A stretch of 63,003 nt of DNA, counting the filler, from Olpidium bornovanus S191 (taxonomy: Eukaryota > Fungi > Olpidiomycota), in NCBI GenBank assembly GCA_017911155.1. It is 27 parts of 27 records of this genome, joined end to end, with 100 filler letters (N's around TTAATTAATTAA, not from the genome) between each part and the next. Parts side by side here need not be neighbours in the genome. Positions count along the whole stretch, not along the records: positions 56,791 to 57,829 come from JAEFCI010000923.1; positions 57,930 to 59,398 come from JAEFCI010010860.1; positions 59,499 to 61,120 come from JAEFCI010007358.1; positions 61,221 to 63,003 come from JAEFCI010009847.1; 23 more parts are not named here. One strand, written 5' to 3'. The notes beneath the pieces were generated by a model that saw only the letters and a program-made list of their open reading frames with translations, was not told where the DNA came from and made no database searches. Every line of letters starts with the position of its first letter. Position 1 is the first letter of the stretch. The position numbers and the translations under genes are program-made. Below, piece after piece: positions 56,791 to 63,003 of this stretch.

Positions 56791-57829
56791 ACCTTTGCGC
56801 CAATTGAGCCGGCGAAAAGGTGCCTCAGTAAGCTCAGAGCCCCGAGCAGCGTGAACAGCGTGTCGTTGTCAAGCTTTCCCTAATCGCAAAAGTCTTATAA
56901 TTGTTACATGCAGACCGGAAAGCGATGTATTGACAAAAGCGCCACGTACGCTGAAGCGGCACAAAAGTTCCGTGACGTGCGTCACCAGCTGCTGGATCAA
57001 CCCGCCTAGAAACGCCAGCGTGTATCAGTGAAACCGGTATCCCGGAATAATAGCCGGCGCGTAAAACTCACTGTCCAAAGCAAAGCACTTCGCCGCCTCG
57101 CAGCATCCGAACAGGGACTGAAGTGCGTTTCTGACGGCGCCGTCGTATTCTCTGTCCTCCGTCAGTCGACCGTGGAAGAAAGCGCCGACGAGCACCTTCG
57201 TCAGCAGTCGGCCCACGGGATGCGGAGTACCCGCCTCTCCGACGTATTGCCCGCGTGTGACGGCCTCTTCGAGTCCGAGCTCGATTTCCATTCCGAACTG
57301 CAGCGCAAGCAGTTTCGCCGCCAGACAGCACGCCGCTCGGTGCGTCTCGGCGGAGTCCGTCTGCCCAATAAGCAGCGAGATAAGCCACAGGTGGGCGGTC
57401 ATATTATGGCAAGCAAAAACCTCCTGGAGCTGTGTTGGGTTGGAGGCGCAAATGTCCCACAAGCAGTCGCCGATCAGGCTCGCGGCTAGTCCGAGGATCC
57501 TGATTTCGGCAGGATTCATTACAGCCGTCGACGGCCAAGGGCCCGTACGGGTCGCCGGGGACGCCAGGGCGTTGACTGACTCGCTGAATGTGTCCATCAG
57601 CGTGGGAAGCAGATTGGACGAGCGAATCAGAGCCTCCCGGTGGCTTTTCTGATCCAATGCAAGCCGGAGAATCCGCAGCGCATTGGACTGCATGCGACTG
57701 ATGTCCGTCATGTATGCCGAGTGGAACTGGTTGTTTCGGAACTCGTCGATACTCCGAAGACGCAAGGGGAAGCTATCATCTGCGCCCCTCACGAATGCCG
57801 TTTTCGGTGGCGTTAGGTACGACAGTAGA
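56791..57829 (-). CDS. RTTN: Probable rotatin (centriolar ARM-repeat protein), internal exons
   Basis: A helical-repeat ORF ending DGAVRNALQSLFGCCEAAKCFALD|GGLIQQLVTHVTELL resembles the rotatin C-terminal block (ALMSLLAVSRRAQKHAL..NLID). Recognised from memory of the family, not by alignment. Confidence 0.5.
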
Positions 57830-57929
57830 NNNNNNNNNNNNNNNNNNNNNNNNNNNNNNNNNNNNNNNNNNNNTTAATTAATTAANNNNNNNNNNNNNNN
57901 NNNNNNNNNNNNNNNNNNNNNNNNNNNNN

Positions 57930-58863
57930 CATGGGAGCGCTCGGCGCCGGAACGGGCATCCTGACCATCGCCGCGTTTATTGTAATGGTGGTCCAGGTAA
58001 GCGGTCTCCGTCCGCTTGGTTTTCCGCGCAGCCGACCACCGACTAATCGACGTCTTGACGTTTCCTTTTTTTTCTCTTTTGGTTTGCTGCTTTTTGACGT
58101 CCTATTTTTTTGCCTATTTTTTGCCGGAATTTTTTCTGCTTGTTGTTTTTATTTCTCGCCGTTTTCTGCCGGAATCTTTTTTGTTGATTGGTTTTTATTC
58201 CTCGATTTCTTTTCGTTTTTTATTTTCAAATGTTTTTTATGCTTTTTTATTTTCCTTTATATTTTTTTTACATTTTTGTTTTTTTTCTTCTGTTTTTGCC
58301 GCCCCGGGTTCTTTACGAAAAAAGCTCGGCGGGCTGTATTTGACCAAATTCCACAACATCCTCGGATTCGTGATCCTTATCTTAATGATCGGTCAAATAG
58401 TTCTCGGAAAGGTGGGCACCCGCGGCGGCGGCGGTTTTACAATTTTTTTTCCCGGGCGCCGGGTTTCCGCACGGTTTTGCCCCCGCACGACGGGCGCGCC
58501 CCTCTCCTCACTTTTTTTTCCCCTTCACTTAAAAAAAAACACAAAACAAAAACCGCTTCCGCTCAGGTCATCGACAAGATGTACCAGCCGGACCGGCTGA
58601 CGGTGCCGGCGCGCGACAAGGCGCACTGGTGGCTGGGGCGGATACTCCTGACCGCGGGCGCGCTCAACGTCTTCCTGGGCCTGTGGGCCGCCGCCGCGGC
58701 CACGTGGCTGTACGTCGTGTTCATCGTGTGGCTGGTCGCCGCGGCCGCCGCCTTCGCCTTCAGCCAGCGCCGCGCCGGCCGGGCCGCCGCGGCCCAGAAG
58801 GGCGCCGCGAACGGTACGTCGACGGACGGCCTTCGGTACGAGGAGGAGCTGCGCCCGACCTAG
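57930..58863 (+). CDS. Cytochrome b561-domain membrane protein (CYBDOM/DOMON-associated type), C-terminal part
   Basis: FHNILGFVILILMIGQIVLG...RDKAHWWLGRILLTAGALNVFLGL shows the paired heme-ligand His motifs H..LG...Q..LG and H.W.GR...G..N...GL. Stop at 58861-58863. Confidence 0.85.
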
Positions 58864-59498
58864 AAGGCTTTCTCTCTCTTTCGAAAAGCGAAAGCGAAAG
58901 CGGGGACGGCCCGGCCCGTTTTGTTATTCCGGACTCACAAGCGGGATCCGGAGCAGATTCGAATTCCCCCCCGCCCACACACACACACCGCATTTTTGGC
59001 ATCATCGGGCTTTCTCGCCCCCCCCCCCCCTTCCCTTTCCCTCCATGCATCCGATGCGTACCACCAATTTTTATTTATTTTTATTTTTTTATGTTGTGAT
59101 TTTTTCCGCGGCGACCTCTCCCGCTTTTATTTTCGATTCGAACCCGCGCCGTGGGCGCCCCCCCCTGAATTTTTTTTTTGGAGGAGGGGGTTTTTCTATG
59201 ATTAACGCCCCCGCCCTCGCCCGGCCCGCGATAAAGGAATAGAACCGAGTTGTGAGATTTATTACGCGCGACCGGGGGGGGTTTTTTGGTTTGATTTGTT
59301 TTGCTTTGTTTTCCCGCCCAGGCCGCATGAACGCGGAGAGGCCGCGCTGTTCGACGCGAAACCCCGCAACCGGCACCGCGCCCCCGGGGCGGGGGGGGNN
59401 NNNNNNNNNNNNNNNNNNNNNNNNNNNNNNNNNNNNNNNNNNTTAATTAATTAANNNNNNNNNNNNNNNNNNNNNNNNNNNNNNNNNNNNNNNNNNNN

Positions 59499-60960
59499 CA
59501 TGAATGGGTATGCTCCATCGAAAACGTCTGCGCCAGCCGATATCGCAGCCAGCACGAAGTCTGTACAAGCGAAAACTCGTCGTCAGCATCGAAGCGTCGA
59601 AGTAGCAAAGCGTACGAGGCAGAAGTCAGAGAATCAGTATCGTTTGTGACATACCCGGCTGGTTTACTCCGTGCACCAATCGCGGTCTATCGTCCGGAAG
59701 GTTGGCGAAAGACGCGCCCAGGAGAGCCTCGCACTCGGCAGCGGAATTCACCAAACCCGAGACATGAGCAACATAGCCTGACATCAAAAGGACATCAGAA
59801 ATCGAACGATGCGACATCGGACAGCAGGAAAACAAAAATCTCACAAACCCTCGATATTGCGTGATGCAACAGCTTTTGCATACTCCTGTCGGTCAGCAAT
59901 TACATCCGCCCCCTGGAGCAGTGCCAAGGTGGGTATGTCGACCTACATAATACGTAGTCAGCTTCGCGTTCTTATGAGGCGCAATTCCATCCAGCCGCGC
60001 GTAACTCACGATGCCTTCGTCAGCCAGGCATGCGTCCAAGAATTGCAGACTCCGCTTAGCCGAGTTCGACACTCTCCTGGGCCTTGCGTTCGGCTCGTTG
60101 AGTTGATCGGCCAGCGCTACGTATGCGTCAGGTTGCAGCCGTCGCACTCGTTCCACGAACCAATCGCAAGTTACCTGCGTTCTGCGGGTTAAGAGTGCTG
60201 TTCATTAAGCACGCGAGATTCGGGTGACGACAGAACGAACCTTTTGCTTCCCGTCGCCGGTCTGTAGTGTTACGTGGTCTTTGGTATTGTTCAACGACAC
60301 ACTACCGGCCGGGTCGTGCAGCCAGAGAATAACGAACCTGTCCTGCAGCGCGAATACCGAAAGCGCGACGCCGCAGCGTTCAGTGAGCGGCAAAAAGGCG
60401 CTACGCCAGATGCGTAGTTCCTCGGCGCTCCAGATAAGCTTACTTGAAGATTGCAGTAACCTGACAGCTTCCCGGGATGGGATTCTGCGTGCGAGGACCA
60501 TCCTTCTGCGTAGCGAGACACGCTGGGAAAACGAACAGCGGAAACGATTTTCCCAGCAGTTTGAAACGGCAGGCGGAGGTGAGTGCGAGGAGCGAGCAAA
60601 AAAGCGCGCCGAGTACGCGCGGCCGGCCGCGGCGACTCACACGTGCTCCAACGACACGCCGAAGGCCGGGCTCAACCGCGCGCCGCCGTGCAGATCTCCG
60701 GTCAGGTGCGGCGACGACCCGCGACGAGTGTAGGAGACGAAGCCGGGCGTCTGCACGACCAAGTCGGCGCCCGCATCAGGCGCGATCCGCCTCTTCCGGA
60801 GCGTCAGCAAACCGAGCCGATGCCCTGACGGTGGGTGAGTTTCTGCGGCCGGTCCGGACGACGCCTCCGTCGCGCGACTGAGGCGAGTCCAGGAAAAAGA
60901 CCTCCGCGCGGGCCTGGGAGCGGCGGCGGGGGCGGTCGAGGCGGCACTTGTGCCGGCCAT
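59499..60960 (-). CDS. QTRT2: Queuine tRNA-ribosyltransferase accessory subunit (QTRT2/QTRTD1), 3' truncated
   Basis: RLGLL...QTPGFVSYTRRGSSPHLT; LWLHDP; RLQPDAYVALAD...RVSNSAKRSLQFLDACL; LQGADVIADRQEYAKAV; LPDDRPRLVHGVNQP; VLAAISAGADVFDGAYP. Confidence 0.9.
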
Positions 60961-60963
60961 GTT

Positions 60964-61000
<37 letters not shown>

Positions 61001-61049
61001 GGGGGGGGGGGGGGGCCCCCCCCCCCGCGCGGGGGGGGGGGGGGGGTAA

Positions 61050-61120
<71 letters not shown>

Positions 61121-61282
61121 NNNNNNNNNNNNNNNNNNNNNNNNNNNNNNNNNNNNNNNNNNNNTTAATTAATTAANNNNNNNNNNNNNNNNNNNNNNNN
61201 NNNNNNNNNNNNNNNNNNNNCATGTAGGTAATTTCACTACGCGCACCAGATCTTGGTCTATATCTTGATCTAGGTCTGGGGA

Positions 61283-61443
61283 GTCACGTGACGGGCGACC
61301 AGACACACCGCCGGTGTGTCTGGTGGTCTAGGCTTGATGACGTCACGTGACTGGTGTCGTAGCTCAAGCAAAGCTTGAGTGTGTACGGGCGCGTAAGGCA
61401 GCCAACGGCTGCAGGTCTTGGTGCGAAAATGATGTCACGTGAT
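61283..61443. promoter_or_regulatory. Cluster of GTCACGTGA palindromes, a CRE site and a 27-bp near-perfect hairpin
   Basis: GTCACGTGAC at 61283 and 61342, GTCACGTGAT at 61434, TGACGTCA at 61338, and ACCAGACACACCG-C-CGGTGTGTCTGGT at 61298-61324. Function is inferred only. Confidence 0.4.
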
Positions 61444-62727
61444 TTGGCTTGGCAGGGAAGAGGTTTGACGGCGCAGCCGCGACAGTTATCCTAAGTACTG
61501 GATTGGATAAAACACACTTATGGCTATGAGCCTCTGTTTGGGCACGATCCGCGGGGATGGAACTGCACGATCACCCACAACGCTACAGTCGCCAAACGAT
61601 GTATACGAGGCAAGTTCTGACTTTATCTTGCGTTACTTTTTCTGTGTTCCTTCTACTCCCCTTAAGACTCGTCCCAGGCATTGTCTGTCGGGTAGCCCTG
61701 TCCCTGTGTCCTTATTGTCCCTGTCCCTGTCCCCTGGCCTCCCAACCATTCCAAACAATTGCCTGTCTGATGATCCTGTCCCTATGGCCCTGGGGATTGG
61801 AATGCGTTCTGCGTTGGAGGTCCTATTTAGCTGCGCCCTCGGGGCTGAATATTCGTAAATTTTCGCCTGCTGAGACGTCTTAGCACTCTACCCTGGCCTC
61901 CAACCATTCGAAGAATGTATCTGAGTAATTGCGTGCAACTGCGATGAAGATGGTTTCTAACTCTGTTTTCCTGCCCCATTCGCTTTCTTATGTTCCCAGG
62001 AAGGACGTGAACTCTCCCACGTAGGAAAAACAGAAAAATATCGCTTGGCAACTTCAAGCAATGAAAGAATAATATTTTGACCTGGTCCAAACTTTTCGCG
62101 GAGACGAGTTGGAGAGCTCCTTCCGTTTGCTGCAGAGTTTTAAGCAGGAATGGCCATCGCAACTTTGGCAATTGTAACACGCGAAAAGCAAGAAGCGTTG
62201 AAGCGAACGACTTTTTATTGCGAGATTTGGGGTCGTTGTACTTCAGCTTTTGAAGCTGTCGGAAGTACAAAGGAAAATTGCTTTGAAGTCAAACTACGGA
62301 GCTGAAGGGACGCTATTTATGCCCGTCGACATCGAGCAGAGGGCCGGTTGACGGCCAGCTTCGTTCTTCGATGTCGCGTTTGTCGACACGGTGCGTCTGG
62401 TCCCTTCCCGCGCGGTCGTGGTTACCACGCGGGGCTCCGAGCTTTCGTGCGCGTGCGGGCGGTATCGCTTGCCCAGGGGGGGAACGATGGTTGGCGGGCA
62501 GTACCGTTCACCCAGGGGGGGGGGACGATGATTGGCGGGGAGTTTCCGCGTGTGGCGATGGGGAAAGAAGGGGGAGAGCTTTTCGATTGGTGGGCTTCGA
62601 GGGGGATTTATTCCATTGGCCGGCCCCCGAGTTCGGGGGCCGTCTTGCCCTCGAACCTGCTTCGGTCTCCGCCTCCTCGCTCGCCTCCGCCTCTCGACCG
62701 CTGCCGCCTTTCGTGGTGTTGGTTCGA

Positions 62728-62800
62728 AGGCCGTGCCACTGTGCAGCGCCATTCGAAAGCCGTGCCACTGTGCAGCGCCATTCAAAGGCCGTGCCACAGT
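62728..62800. repeat. 29-bp tandem repeat GCCGTGCCACTGTGCAGCGCCATTCGAAA, about 2.5 copies
   Basis: Directly visible, with one or two mismatches between copies. Confidence 0.85.
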
Positions 62801-63003
62801 GCTGTGCGCTTGTCACACCCCCCCTACTTTTGCGCGCTGGGGAGAGACCGCAGCAAAAGTCTACGTCGAAAATGTCATTGACAGGGGGCGGGCACGCGCC
62901 CGACCGAGTCGCGGCTTGTGTCTAAGTGGTTGTGGTTGGTGCTGGAGCGCAGGAACCCCCAAGCCGGCGGCCCATCAGTCAGAGAGGCTGGCCGGCTCAG
63001 CAC

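Noticed and set aside
61830-62290. Possible hAT transposase dimerisation-domain remnant on the minus strand (IAKVAMAIPA*NSAA; LLEVAKRYFSVFP)
   Set aside because: The similarity is short, interrupted by stops and could be chance. No terminal inverted repeats were found.
1-63003. Apparent gene clusters across the window (for example SAXO next to rotatin, or the GT23 fusion next to CHO1)
   Set aside because: These genes lie on different contigs joined arbitrarily, so adjacency carries no information.
1-63003. rRNA, tRNA, CRISPR arrays and prokaryotic defence or operon systems
   Set aside because: None were seen. All recognisable genes are spliceosomal-intron-containing eukaryotic genes or LTR retrotransposon parts.

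Overview
This is not a contiguous locus. It is a pseudo-scaffold of 27 short eukaryotic contigs (about 1-5 kb each) joined by 26 identical artificial 100-bp linkers (44 N + TTAATTAATTAA + 44 N), so gene neighbourhood across a linker means nothing and most genes are truncated. The DNA is GC-rich and intron-rich (GT-AG). It carries fungal-type housekeeping genes (DPH6, SET2, CHO1, a TGL-type lipase, RPL33, PRP3, ATG17, SPT20, BOL2, QTRT2, a DNAJC7-like chaperone, a CobW/ZNG1 GTPase, TRAPPC11) together with cilium/centriole genes (SAXO/FAM154 family, probable rotatin). I infer a zoosporic (flagellated) fungus; an Olpidium- or chytrid-like organism is a guess only. There are also Ty3/Gypsy remnants, including a probable nested insertion. 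The most interesting observations are: (1) a nucleotide-sugar transporter fused in frame to a FUT8/GT23-like fucosyltransferase, with the transporter half apparently decaying; (2) a multi-pass, non-Cyr1 adenylyl cyclase with a tandem-repeat loop; (3) a secreted PTD-repeat mucin-like protein behind a 206-bp repeat; (4) a Set2 with a long E/R helix where the WW domain usually lies; (5) a strong bias of contig ends towards CATG. All family assignments come from motif recognition by eye; no database searches were run.
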